Shown here piece by piece: positions 23,554-34,953 of a stretch of 63,589 nt of DNA. Below the pieces are notes generated by a model. That model made no database searches. It saw only the letters and a program-made list of their open reading frames with translations, and had not been told where the DNA came from. How positions within the stretch are numbered: position 1 is the stretch's first letter; each line of letters begins with the position of its first letter. The stretch comes from Thraustochytrium aureum (lineage: Eukaryota), in contig BLSG01000227.1 in the NCBI GenBank assembly GCA_012862495.1, positions 1 through 63,589 on the forward strand, in the 5' to 3' direction. The position numbers and the translations under genes were made by a program.

Positions 23554-25611
23554 CTATTTTGCTAGAAACGCATGCTGACGTGCTTGCTCTGCAGTCGGGC
23601 GCACGGCAGGGTCTAGCGCGAGCATCCGCACGAGCATGTCCAAGAAAGGCTCGTCAGCTTGGACGTCGAGCAAGTGGCAGAGCGGGCGCCACTTCGGGTA
23701 CAAAAGCTGAGCTCCGCTGTTTGCCTCCTCCTCGCGCTCAACGAGCGTGTCGGCAAGGAAGAGCCTTTCGCGAAAGCGAGCCTGCTTGACCATCGCGCGC
23801 GGGATCGGCCCAAGCGCCGAGACCATGCTCGCTAACAATGCTGGCGCGGTGGGCGCGTCGAACAGGACGTCGCCCATGGCCAGCTCGGCAAGAACACACC
23901 CGAGCGACCAAACATCGATTCGCTGGTCGTATGGCAGCCCCAGCACGACCTCTGGGGCGCGGTAAAACCGCGACTGGATGTACGACGAGAGCCTATCCGT
24001 GGTGAAGCAACTCGAACCAAAGTCGATAATCTTGACGCGCAGCGGCTCGCGCGTCTGGACAAGGATGTTCTCCGGCTTGAGGTCACAGTGAATAATGCCG
24101 AGCTCACTGATGTAGACGAGCGCGTCGAGGCATTGGGCCGCGATCTGGGCGATGTTGGCGAGCGTCAAAATCCTGTCCGGGCTCGACGTGTGCCGGAGCG
24201 GAGCCTCCTCTTTGCAGACAGTGTACAGGTTGGCGCCGAGGAGCTCGGTCACAATGAATAGGTGCTCCTTGTGGTAAAAGTAGTCGTGCATCCGCACGAC
24301 GTGGTGCCTGTCCGGGTCGCCCGCTGAGGCGATGTGCTGGAGCAGGCGGATCTCGTCGAGGCTCTGGTCAAAGTAATCCTTGTTGTTCTTGATCACCTTG
24401 ATGCACACGTCTCGCCTGCCGTCAGCAACATCCCTGCAGCTCAACGCCGTCGAGAAGGCCGCTTCGCCAGCGATCCTGTCGACCTCGTACCTGCCTGCCA
24501 ACATCATCCCGCGGAACACGCTCAGTTCCTTGGTTGCCTCGAATCCAGTTCTCCGCCGCTCGTGGATCACGCGCAGATTGAGCGTGTCGTACGTCACGCG
24601 CGAACCCGTTCGTGGGTCGTAGTGGCCGCGCTCGCCGCTGCCGGCGGACTCCTTTCCCAGAACAACCTCGCTGTCTGCGTCCTCATCCCCTTCTTCGCTT
24701 CCGTCACCCCCATCGCCCTCGATTTCGACCTCTTTGTCAGACTCTGTGCTGGCAGGGCAAGAGTCTGGGGTTTGGTATTGTGCTTCGCCGCCCTCTCCGT
24801 CATTCCCGCCGTCAAAATCTTCAGCATCTTGCTCTGACCCTTCGAATTCTGCGTCAGCTTCCCAAGCTTGCTCCTGCAACACCCAGTACGCTTCCTCTGT
24901 GACTACGACACGCAGGTACCTGTCCTCCTCCTCAACAGCGCCGTTTTCAGCCGGATCGTCCAGCACCTCCGGCGTGCTCGCCAGTTCCTGCGACGCGTGG
25001 ATCCCCTTCGGGTATAGCATTTCGGCAACCGTTCTGTCTCCGCTCTCCGCCCCGGCGAGTGGCCGTGCCTGCACAGCGGCGACAAGCCCAAGCGCAGCGA
25101 GTTGGGCGCCGCTCAGCAGGGCAGGCGGCCTCGACTCAGGGGACGCGCTATAAGCGTCTATCGCGTCGAGGTCGAACCCGCCCTCGCTCAGCAAGCGTCG
25201 GCGCACAGTTTGCTCGATCAAAAGGCCCCTGTCCGGGTCAGAAAACATGGCAGGGTCAAGGCTCTGCCTGGTGCCCACGCCTTGTGATGACGCGCGTGCC
25301 GCGAGGTGGTCGGCAGCGACCAGCTCGAGTTCGTCTGCTTGCGAGGCGGCGTCCACGCCCTGCGTCCCGCGACTTGATCTGCGCGACATGGCCGCGTTCC
25401 CGCCAACGTGGTGCCTCGCCAGCCGCTCGTCGAGATCGTCCGCTGGCTCTGGCGGAGGGGCGATGTACAAGTCATCTCGGGCCTGAGACTCTTGCCCCCT
25501 TCGCCCGAGGGGGCCGTCGTCGCACGGGACTAGATCGCTCACGCTGTCGAGCACGTCTTGGCACTCTTGCAGCGCACGCTCGAGCGCCTCGTTCGCGAGC
25601 GACCTGTCCAT
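23554..25611 (-). CDS. CMGC DYRK-family kinase, DYRKP-like, with acidic N-terminal region
   Basis: 'RRTGFEATKE..MLAGRY', 'VCIKVIKNNKDYFDQSLDEIRLL', 'HCDLKPEN', 'IIDFGSSCF', 'SYIQSRFYRAPE'. Confidence 0.92.
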   Translation of the reverse strand: MDRSLANEALERALQECQDVLDSVSDLVPCDDGPLGRRGQESQARDDLYIAPPPEPADDLDERLARHHVGGNAAMSRRSSRGTQGVDAASQADELELVAADHLAARASSQGVGTRQSLDPAMFSDPDRGLLIEQTVRRRLLSEGGFDLDAIDAYSASPESRPPALLSGAQLAALGLVAAVQARPLAGAESGDRTVAEMLYPKGIHASQELASTPEVLDDPAENGAVEEEDRYLRVVVTEEAYWVLQEQAWEADAEFEGSEQDAEDFDGGNDGEGGEAQYQTPDSCPASTESDKEVEIEGDGGDGSEEGDEDADSEVVLGKESAGSGERGHYDPRTGSRVTYDTLNLRVIHERRRTGFEATKELSVFRGMMLAGRYEVDRIAGEAAFSTALSCRDVADGRRDVCIKVIKNNKDYFDQSLDEIRLLQHIASAGDPDRHHVVRMHDYFYHKEHLFIVTELLGANLYTVCKEEAPLRHTSSPDRILTLANIAQIAAQCLDALVYISELGIIHCDLKPENILVQTREPLRVKIIDFGSSCFTTDRLSSYIQSRFYRAPEVVLGLPYDQRIDVWSLGCVLAELAMGDVLFDAPTAPALLASMVSALGPIPRAMVKQARFRERLFLADTLVEREEEANSGAQLLYPKWRPLCHLLDVQADEPFLDMLVRMLALDPAVRPTAEQARQHAFLAK

Positions 25612-26001
25612 GGCCACGCTCGCGTTGCTCCACGACGAAGCGCGACCCACGCACGACCGCTCGCAGAGCTCCCGGCCACCACCTGGGCGCACGCGGCGTC
25701 AAGGCGCTCCTGGCGAGGGCCGCGGCGCGAGTCGAGTCTCGCGCGCCCGCGCGATCCTGGAGGGATGCCGGCCGCCAGCCTGCGCTCGCGCAAGGCCCTG
25801 CGCCCAGCGCACCACCCTGCGAGCTAGCTGGCGTCCTGGTGCCGGCAGGCCTCGTGGCGGGTCTGCGCCGTCGCGCTGCGGCCGTGCGGCGACGCTGGCT
25901 CAGATCGGAGCCTGGCGGCACGGAACAACNNNNNNNNNNNNNNNNNNNNNNNNNNNNNNNNNNNNNNNNNNNNNNNNNNNNNNNNNNNNNNNNNNNNNNN
26001 N

Positions 26002-28647
26002 ACGCGTCCAGCAAGCTGGTGTTGAGCAGCGTTGGCGTCGACCTCTTCAACGTGGCGCTGGATACCCTGACGCTGCACCGGCAAGCGGGCGCCGAGACCG
26101 CTGCGGAAGGCGGGTCGGGCACAGCTGCCGGCGCGAGCTCGAACGTGGGCGTGACCGTGCTAGGGCAGCGCGCCGAGTATCGGCACGCGTCCAGCAACTG
26201 GCGCAAGGTCGCCAGCAACGCCCGCGCGCTTCGCAAGGACAACTGGGCGGCTGTTGTGGAGACGACGCCGACGGAGAGGGCGATCGAGCACGTCTACGAT
26301 GTGCTGTCCGGGCAGTGGAGCTCCAGGCGCGTCCTCGTGCGCGTCAACACGGAAGATCCAGTCGCCAAAGGACGCATGCGCGAGTGCTTCCAGCTCAAGA
26401 TGGTCGCAATCCCTGCTAGCTCGAACTGTGTGACGCGGTCCGCGTCGATCGCGTCGGCGTCGTCCGCTACGACCGCAGCCTCCTTCGGGGACGCCGTGCA
26501 GCAGGACAAGTTTGAGAGGATTGTGTTTCAGCTCTCGCAAGGCGCGATGGAGTACACGACCAATTACACGGCGCGCGACATGGCCGAATGGGCCTCCATA
26601 TGCCAAGAGTCGGTTCTCACTGTGCTCACGCGCGTCGGGCGCAAAACGCTGTGCCGCGTGCGGGCCAAGCTTGGGTTGGTCCCTGTGAGCTTTCGGCACC
26701 CGACGATCTTGACTGTGGGCGAGGTGATGGACTGCGCAAGGCGCCTTGGCACGCGTGAGGTGCAGATCACGTTTGCAGAGGAGTGCCACGGATTCACCGC
26801 TGAGGATGTCTCCACACTTGGCCAGTTGATTCGGCGCGGCCTCAAAGACGACGCGTGCTGGGTGCGTCCCTCGCTCAACTACATGGCAAAGCGGTACATG
26901 AGCGACGTCGACGACACGCTCAGCGTTTACCAGGAGGACGTGGTGATGCAGGAGGTCTGCAAGCGGCTCTGCCTCCAGTTCAACAGCTTCACCCCCGCGC
27001 CGCCCAAAAAGATCGACATGCTTCACGTCGGCCTGGTCCAGCTCGTTGACCGCGACAACCAGCCGTTTCTCGGCTACGAGTCGTTTGTGCAGGGCGAGTA
27101 TCGCAAGTGGAACACCAATTCGGGCTGGCGCGACGAAAAAATCTTTCGGCACACCCCGCACGCCTTCTCCTTCGCAAGTTTTCGCATGACCAAGGGCGAA
27201 CTGATGGTCGTCGACGTGCAGGGCGTCAACGACCTCTACACTGACCCTCAAGTCCACTCCCGGGATGGCGCGGGGTTTGGCGAAGGCAACCTGGGTGCGC
27301 GCGGGATGGCGCTGTTTTTGCGCTCGTTTCGCTTCGACCTCAACCCCGTCGTCCAGTACATGAAGCTCGTTCCGTTTGTGCTGCTTGCTGGCGAGCAGCC
27401 CCCTGCTAGCGCAGAGGAGCTCGCAAAGTTTGATGAAGGCAAAGCTTACTTGGCCAGCAGGGCCTGGCAGCAGCGCACGATGCTCTCCCCGCAGTCGAGC
27501 CTGGAGCAGGTGGACGCCATGGTGGTCCCGGCACTCGCGCTTTGCTCGGTTGACTCCAGTGCCAACTCGACTGACGACCCGAGCTGCGATGACGACGACG
27601 ACGACGAGGAGGAGGAGGAGGAGGAGGANNNNNNNNNNNNNNNNNNNNNNNNNNNNNNNNNNNNNNNNNNNNNNNNNNNNNNNNNNNNNNNNNNNNNNNN
27701 NNNNNNNNNNNNNNNNNNNNNNNNNNNNNNNNNNNNNNNNNNNNNNNNNNNNNNNNNNNNNNNNNNNNNNNNNNNNNNNNNNNNNNNNNNNNNNNNNNNN
27801 NNNNNNNNNNNNNNNNNNNNNNNNNNNNNNNNNNNNNNNNNNNNNNNNNNNNNNNNNNNNNNNNNNNNNNNNNNNNNNNNNNNNNNNNNNNNNNNNNNNN
27901 NNNNNNNNNNNNNNNNNNNNNNNNNNNNNNNNNNNNNNNNNNNNNNNNNNNNNGAGAACCCGAGCGCCGCCGCGGCGGCCACGCGCGGCCAGGATCCGCC
28001 CTTCTACCTTTCGGCGGTCTCTCCGCCGTGCCACGAGCTCAACGCGTTCCCGGCCTTTCTGCTCAAGTGCTCACGGGAGCTGCGCCCGCTGCAATGCCCG
28101 CGGCATGTGCGCAGCCAGCTGCCAGACGCGGAAACGGCCGAGGCGGCCGTCCACTGGGCGCTCGCGCAGCTTTACGAGGAGGCCGACGAGCGCGTCGCCG
28201 ACTGCCAATGCGACATGGAGGAGGCCGCTCGTTTCCACATCTGGCTCGCCGCCCTTGGAGGCAACCTCGATGCACAGATCCGGTGCGCGACTGCCCCCGA
28301 GGCTGACCCGGCTAGCGCGCTCAACTGGGCGCACGTGGCGGCGCTGCGCGGGTCTCGCACCGCATGCCTCAAGGCCCCTCTCCTTGGTGGACCAGGCAGA
28401 CGTGATCCAGTGCATGTTTTATCTGCAAAAGGCCATCGAGTGCAAGGACGGCAAGACTGAGCAGCAGCGCAAGGCCGACATGGAGGTATGCTCGCACGAG
28501 CTCCACTTTCGCCTTGCCAACGCGTTCTTGGGGATCGGGGAGCGCAGGAACGCCATCACCCACTACCAAGAGGCAGCCGAGTTTGCGATGGAGGCCGGCG
28601 ACTTTCGCCTCCATGAAAAGTACATCGTTGCTCTCGAGGAGGTCTAG
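26002..28647 (+). CDS. eEF2 kinase-like alpha-kinase with C-terminal SEL1/TPR-like helices (5' end near gap; internal gap; indel near 28380)
   Basis: 'NWRKVASNARALRKDNW' (like the eEF2K calmodulin-binding W..A....DPW), 'AKGRMRECF', 'NYMAKRY', 'GEYRKWNTNSG', 'MVVDVQGVNDLYTDPQVH', 'FGEGNLGARGM'. Confidence 0.88.
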
Positions 28648-28829
28648 CTCCCCATGCGCCGTTGGCCAAGTCCGCGACCGCGCAAGCGGCCCAACGATCA
28701 ATAGCAGCTGCGTTTTCATTCGTCTCGTTTGTCAATCGCGTTGTTTGTTGCCAGTTTTGCCATTTGCATTTTCAAAATCAAGCGAAACGCGCTGTCTCGC
28801 CGCAGACGACGCGCCTCTGTCGGGGCGCG

Positions 28830-30130
28830 TCACCGCCACTTTCCACTCGACCCGGAAAGCGCTTGAGAGCGGGGCCGCTCCAAGCCCGGCACATACCCGA
28901 GGCGAGGGCCCGCGAGTACTGCGCGGCCCGCACCGGCTGAAGAGCCGTCGCCTTGGCCCTGGCAAGCCGGCTCGGCGGCAGCGAGGCGCTCCGCCTCTTC
29001 GTCGCAGATCACAGAAAAGTTGGACCGGTCCACGATGCTAGCCATCGCTTCGTGGCGCACGACCGGGTCGTCGGTGTCGGGCAGCCCCGTCGGCACGACA
29101 ATGTTAAACACGTGGTGCAGGAGCGAGTGCTTGAGGGATCTGTCCGACTTTGTGGTTGCGGTTAGCGCTGGCGAAGCGTTGACCTCGATCAGCCAGGGCT
29201 TGAGGTTTTCGTCAACTAGCATGTCGTAGCCATAGCATTCAAAGCAGTGCTTGTCGTTGAGCATGACGTTCTGCACGGCCTTGAGGCTGTGCAAGATGGC
29301 CACCTCGATCTCCGCAAACATGCGCGCGGTGGCTTCCGAGCCGTGCATGGCGCTCAGGTAGAGTCGAAGGTTGGCGAGGCCCCACTTGTTGCCATGCTCT
29401 GCGTTGTATTGCTCGCCGTGCTTTTGGATCGCAACGTTGGTGAGGTGGATAAAGTGGTTGTCGCGGTCTGAGGCGCTGCTCGAGTACTTTTCGTTGCAAA
29501 AGCGCGCAAACCCGTCCCGGTATAAAAACGCGCGGAGCGGCCGGTAAGAAGTGACCAGGACGTACAGCCGAAGGTCAAACTTTTTCCCGCCAACCAGCAA
29601 GGGGCGCTCGATGTACCGCGAGATGACGTACACCTCGGAGCCCTGCGCTTTGGAGGCCCACTTTTTAAGCTGGCTCAACTTGGTAACGATAAAGATGCCG
29701 ATTCCGCGGGCCTTGCCGATGGGCTTCATGATCCACATGCTGCTGGGCTGGCGCCGAAACTCCTCCACGAACAGCGAGTAGTCAGTGGGGAGCACGTACG
29801 TTGGTGGCAGGAAGGTGACCTGCTCCTTGTCGCCGGCCTCCTTGCGGTAGCGTTTGATGTTTTTCACCATCAGGTCTTTGCGGGTCAGCTCGTAGTGGTT
29901 CGAGTAGTGGTTGATCAGCTGGTCGTCGCGCAGCCGGTACATGCTGTCAGGGCTAAACATTTGCTTGACCGTCCACACGTTGGCCCAATACACGTTCCAG
30001 TCGTTGCTATCCTCTGGGCACTTTGCCCACCCGCGTCGATCGAAGCACCCGAGCAGGACGTCTTTTCAAAGTCTGCCTTCCAGCGCACCACCTCGCGTTT
30101 CTGCGCGGCGCCCCGCGACCCTGCCGTCAT
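28830..30130 (-). CDS. TTLL1: Tubulin polyglutamylase TTLL1 (1-nt indel in the homopolymer near 30063)
   Basis: 'VRWKADFEK..FDRRGW..DWNVYW', 'INHYSNHYELTRKDLMVKNIKRYRKE', 'WIMKP', 'KFDLRLY', 'HLTNVAIQK', 'CFECYGYD', 'WLIEVNASP'. Confidence 0.92.
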
Positions 30131-30175
30131 TTCCCGGTCGGCCCCTCTCGCGTCCGCCGCCCACCCGTCCGCGTT

Positions 30176-30426
30176 GGCTCCGCTTTGGCTCCGCGTTGGC
30201 TCGAACAGAGCTCCGCAGTGGCTCGAACAGAGCTCCGCAGTGGCTCGAACAGAGCTCCGCAGTGGCTCGAACAGAGCTCCGCTTTGGCTCCGCTTTGGCT
30301 CGAACAGAGCTCCGCTTTGGCTCCGCTTTGGCTCGAACAGAGCTCCGCTTTGGCTCCGCTTTGGCTCGAACAGAGCTCCGCTTTGGCTCCGCTTTGGCTC
30401 GAACAGAGCTCCGCAGTGGCTCGAAC
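30176..30426. repeat. Minisatellite of 11-bp monomers forming 22-bp and 33-bp higher-order units; runs into gap
   Basis: Monomers GGCTCGAACAG, AGCTCCGCAGT, AGCTCCGCTTT, GGCTCCGCTTT. Confidence 0.9.
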
Positions 30427-31077
30427 NNNNNNNNNNNNNNNNNNNNNNNNNNNNNNNNNNNNNNNNNNNNNNNNNNNNNNNNNNNNNNNNNNNNNNNNNN
30501 NNNNNNNNNNNNNNNNNNNNNNNNNNNNNNNNNNNNNNNNNNNNNNNNNNNNNNNNNNNNNNNNNNNNNNNNNNNNNNNNNNNNNNNNNNNNNNNNNNNN
30601 NNNNNNNNNNNNNNNNNNNNNNNNNNNNNNNNNNNNNNNNNNNNNNNNNNNNNNNNNNNNNNNNNNNNNNNNNNNNNNNNNNNNNNNNNNNNNNNNNNNN
30701 NNNNNNNNNNNNNNNNNNNNNNNNNNNNNNNNNNNNNNNNNNNNNNNNNNNNNNNNNNNNNNNNNNNNNNNNNNNNNNNNNNNNNNNNNNNNNNNNNNNN
30801 NNNNNNNNNNNNNNNNNNNNNNNNNNNNNNNNNNNNNNNNNNNNNNNNNNNNNNNNNNNNNNNNNNNNNNNNNNNNNNNNNNNNNNNNNNNNNNNNNNNN
30901 NNNNNNNNNNNNNNNNNNNNNNNNNNNNNNNNNNNNNNNNNNNNNNNNNNNNNNNNNNNNNNNNNNNNNNNNNNNNNNNNNNNNNNNNNNNNNNNNNNNN
31001 NNNNNNNNNNNNNNNNNNNNNNNNNNNNNNNNNNNNNNNNNNNNNNNNNNNNNNNNNNNNNNNNNNNNNNNNNNNNA

Positions 31078-31558
31078 AGGGTGCGCGTGCAAACCCGCGT
31101 TTTTGTTTGACGAGGTCAGGCAACAGTGCGTCAAAGCCAAGCGGTGCAAAGGCCAGCCGGCAAAGCCTCCCAAGTGCCCTATCGGCCAGACTCTTGTCGA
31201 CTGCCCGGAGTGCCAGTCGACGTGCGCAGCCCCAGACTTGGCCGAGCGATGCCGCTGCGCACGTGACACCGTCGGATGCGGCTGCAGCGCTGGCCTCGTG
31301 CTGGACAGCGGGTCTGGCAACTGCGTTCCAAGGGAGCGCTGCTGCCCGTTCAACCAAGTTTTCAACAAATGCAACAGCTGCCAGGCCACTTGTGAGACGG
31401 GCGAAATTATGTGCATCCAGGCCTGCTTGGAAAGTGGCTGCGGGTGCGACGGCAAGACGGTTTTGCACAAGAGCGGATACTGCATCGCCTCTGCGCAGTG
31501 TTCGACGTTCAACGGGGACCCCGCTACTCTGTTTGGCCACGACCAGTTGCTTGGTTAA
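31078..31558 (+). CDS. Cysteine-rich protein with tandem TIL (trypsin-inhibitor-like) repeats, 3' fragment
   Basis: 'CPIGQTLVDCPECQSTC..CRC..GCGCSAGLVLD..GNCVPRERC' and 'CPFNQVFNKCNSCQATC..CIQAC..GCGC..GYCIASAQC' follow the 10-Cys TIL spacing; a partial third repeat lies upstream. Confidence 0.75.
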
Positions 31559-31821
31559 AAGTGATCCAGACATGCGCCTTCTGGCCAAGCGTGGCGCAGT
31601 TTGCATCTTTGCGTTGTTTGTTTTTTGATTGATTTCTCTGCAAGAGGAGTGAATGGCAAAGGTTCCAGTTTTCAGTCTCGTCACTCGAACCGTAGCGTAG
31701 CGTAACCCACTAATCACAAGGACTCCAGAGATCATCTTTTGAAAGCGTGCTTCGGAACGCAGTTGCCTCGGCCAACCACTTTGGTTCCCAAGTGGTCGTC
31801 TGCAAGCCCTGAAATTTTGGG

Positions 31822-32974
31822 TCATCTGGCGAAGTGCCGTCGCTTCGGCGCAGGCTCCCAGCCCCCAAGGGGCTGGTCTGAACCCGCTCCAGCGTGCAGC
31901 CTCATCAGTGGCGCAGCGAGACACCGCATTTGGCGCTGCGGATGGTCCACGCGCAAGTGCGTCTCTGTAGAGCGTAGATTATCAAGGGTTATTCCAAAAG
32001 CACGCACTACTTTATTGTCAGGGCCCGCGACGGCGTCCCAAGCGCCGTCGCGGCAAACTTTGACACTGGAATCTCCTTGGTCTGTGGGAGGGCCAAAAGG
32101 TGCCGAACGATGGTATCCTTGTGCGGGGTTCGAAGCGACCTCGGCGAACGCTTTGCCTGGCCGCCCATCCCGCAATCAACAGATGGTGTCGAACCGGGAG
32201 ACCTGGACTTATTCGACTCTGCAACCGCCCTTCGTCCAGAGCGCTGCTTCGACTTTTGGTCCGCAGCGACATGCCGTTGGATAAAGTCGAGGTCAATCCG
32301 CGTCTTGTTGTTCTTGAAAAGCGAGCTCCCCGCCCCTGATGACAGGTCCCCCGAGGCGGCCAGATCAACATAAGGCGATCGGATGGAGCCGCCTTGATGC
32401 GTCGGCGCTGAGGAGCCGCGAGCGACTGGTTGGCTCTGTGGCCCAACCGGTGACAGGCGCTCGTCTGCAAGATCGAGGTACTCGCGCACAAGGCGCACGT
32501 GCGTCTCTGGCATGGACGGGCCGCGACAAGTGCGCGGAACGATAGCGCCGCGCAGTGACAGCGACCTCTCCCTCGCCATTGCCCTCGTCTGCCGTCGCGG
32601 AGGCCGCGGCTTGTGGTTTTCTCTCTCCATGGCCAGGACGCCGTGCGGGTCGTCCTGTTTCTGCCTCGCCGAGATGCGCCGAAACGTCTCGAGCTGTGGC
32701 CTCGACCGCGTCAATACGTCCTCCATCTCCACAAGTGGCAACGCGGCCTGCAGCCGGGCGTCCTCGTGCATGGGCTCGTTTTCGCGCACGCTTGGGCGCG
32801 CGCTGCAGTAGGCGGCCAGTGGGCACAGCCAAAGCCGAGGTCAACGAGGTGTTTGCTCATCGACAATTCGAGAGCTTGAAGCCAACTCCGCGCGCCACGC
32901 ACAACGCTCAGGGCAATTCTCTTCATAGCGGGCGGGGCTCGCGGCAAGTGCACCAACGTCAAGTCCAACTCCAA
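31822..32974 (-). CDS. Hypothetical protein (frameshifted fragments; boundaries uncertain)
   Basis: Overlapping protein-like minus-strand ORFs (32711-32974, 32007-32789, 31822-32175) with no recognisable motif. Confidence 0.3.
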
Positions 32975-33327
32975 CTTTCTTCTTTCTTAATAAAGCAGGT
33001 CAGCTGCCTGCAGCACGGCTGTGCGTGCGCCGGCCGCCGCCGACTCTGCACATGCACCTCCGCGCCGTGCAGAACCACTACCTAGCCGTGCAGTCCTGCT
33101 CGCGCCACAGGGTGCCAAGTCAAGGCGGTCGGTCAAGAGTAGCCTGCTGGGTCGGCCGGAGGTGTGCCGGGCGGACGTGAGAACGCGGCAAACGCCCGTC
33201 CCGTGAATGGTGCTCGTGGTACTGTACTCTGTACGCAAGCGCAAGCCCTGAGGTGCTCTCGTTGTATGTCTGCTGTCTCTCTACTTTACACTGTGCAAGA
33301 GTAGCTGTTGATGCCCTGCCCCGCGCG

Positions 33328-34186
33328 TCAGTAGGTGTCATAGGAAAAGGAAGCATCGCCCTCGCCCTGCTCGCGCTTCGTCGCCGAGTTGGTCATCGTA
33401 AACGATCCCAGTTTGACCAGCATCGACGGGGGCGAGCGAATTTTGTCCCCGATCAGTGCACGCCAGAGGTGGACATGCCTTAGCTTGAGCCCGAAGATGA
33501 GAAATACGAAAATGCTCTGCCCCATCACGACGTTGATCAGCATGGTGAGCGACGCGTTTGAGACGCCACCGGGCTGCGAAAATCCACAGCCTTGCTGGCC
33601 AGGAGGAGCATTGATGAGGCCGGACACGTCTGCGCTCGCGTTACTCGCTGGGTCGGGCATGACTGCAAAGTTGCTCAACAGGCACCGCACCCAGGCCGTG
33701 CCTTCCTCTATGTACGTGTCCAGGTTCACCACCGCGCTGATGCGCACCGCGAAGATGTTGGCCCACACAAAGATAAAAAGCGTGACGAACAGAATCGGAG
33801 TCGTAAAGGGCAAGGTTGGACTTTGTGGTGCCGCTCGCGGACATGTTCATGCGCCGGACGTGGCGAAGGATGACGGCGATGACGCAAGCCATACAAACCG
33901 TTCCGATAAAGAGCACGACGGTGATGTAGTTGAAGAAAATGAGCCACTCGGCCCACGGCATGTCCTCGCCTTCGATAAAGCAAAACGGGGTGGGCGGCTG
34001 GAATCCAACGTGACCCGTTCCGATCGCCGCCGCCGTGATCCCGACAGACACAGACCAAGCAAGCGCGTGGTTGTAGCGCCGCGATCCCTCCGTGTTGTGC
34101 GTCGCGAGCACGATCTTGCGAAAAAGNTCGACCCCTGTAAGCCCCCACCACGTGCACTGCGCACTGCCGAAGAAGAGGAGCCAAAA
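33328..34186 (-). pseudogene. Partial (TM3 to C-terminus) paralogue of the adjacent Frizzled-like GPCR; 2-nt deletion near 33805
   Basis: High nucleotide similarity to 34954-35810 ('AQCTWWG', 'LFRKIVLATHNT', 'GFQPPTPFCFIEG', 'TPILFVTLFIFVWANIFAVRIS'); no matching 5' half visible before 34954. Confidence 0.55.
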
Positions 34187-34953
34187 NNNNNNNNNNNNNN
34201 NNNNNNNNNNNNNNNNNNNNNNNNNNNNNNNNNNNNNNNNNNNNNNNNNNNNNNNNNNNNNNNNNNNNNNNNNNNNNNNNNNNNNNNNATCATCATCATC
34301 ATCATCACTGCTAGGAAATTTGAGGCGGCGAGGGCTCTCCACTGGGTAGGGCACTCTACCTTACTCTGGGTACCGTTGCGTGTGGTGGCTGCTCCAGTTG
34401 ACTACTTCGCCTTGCTCCCTCTCTTGCTTGACACGAGCGAGCTTCCGGAGATGGAACCGCAACTCCAAGCCTTGGCGTCGCCATGCTTGCTTGCCTGCAC
34501 GAGCCCAAAACTTTGATCGCGACGTTTCAATCCAGCGCGTTTGCATCCAGCGCGAGAGGAGAAATCGAACGCGGTGCTGCTCGCGCATTACTTGCCGCGC
34601 AGGCCGGTCTCGGCTATGTACGGAGGAACTGCCTTCCTCGAGTCGGCCTACGTGCAACAAATGCACTTGGCTCGGTCGCTCGGTCGTTCTGCTGTTTCCC
34701 ACTCGCACAGGCGTCGCGGCCTCGCGGCTTACAGTGTTGAACTCTTCAACGCTGTCGTCGAGCCTGAGGCGCACGTGCGCACCTTCACGCTCACGAAACA
34801 GAATTCCAGTTTTCTCAGGGAATGCAGCCACTGCGCATCGGAACCCCTCCCTCTACAGTACAGTACAGTGACAGCGACGGGCTGTAGCGTGCGACGCCGT
34901 TCGCTTGGCGCAGCTGCGTATGGCAGCAGCAGCCGGCCATCGAGCTCATCGAG

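Noticed and set aside
30176..30426. CRISPR-like appearance, or a coding 'LEQSSALAPLW' repeat joined to the TIL protein
   Set aside because: No unique spacers and no cas genes. The ORF link exists only because Ns were translated through a gap.
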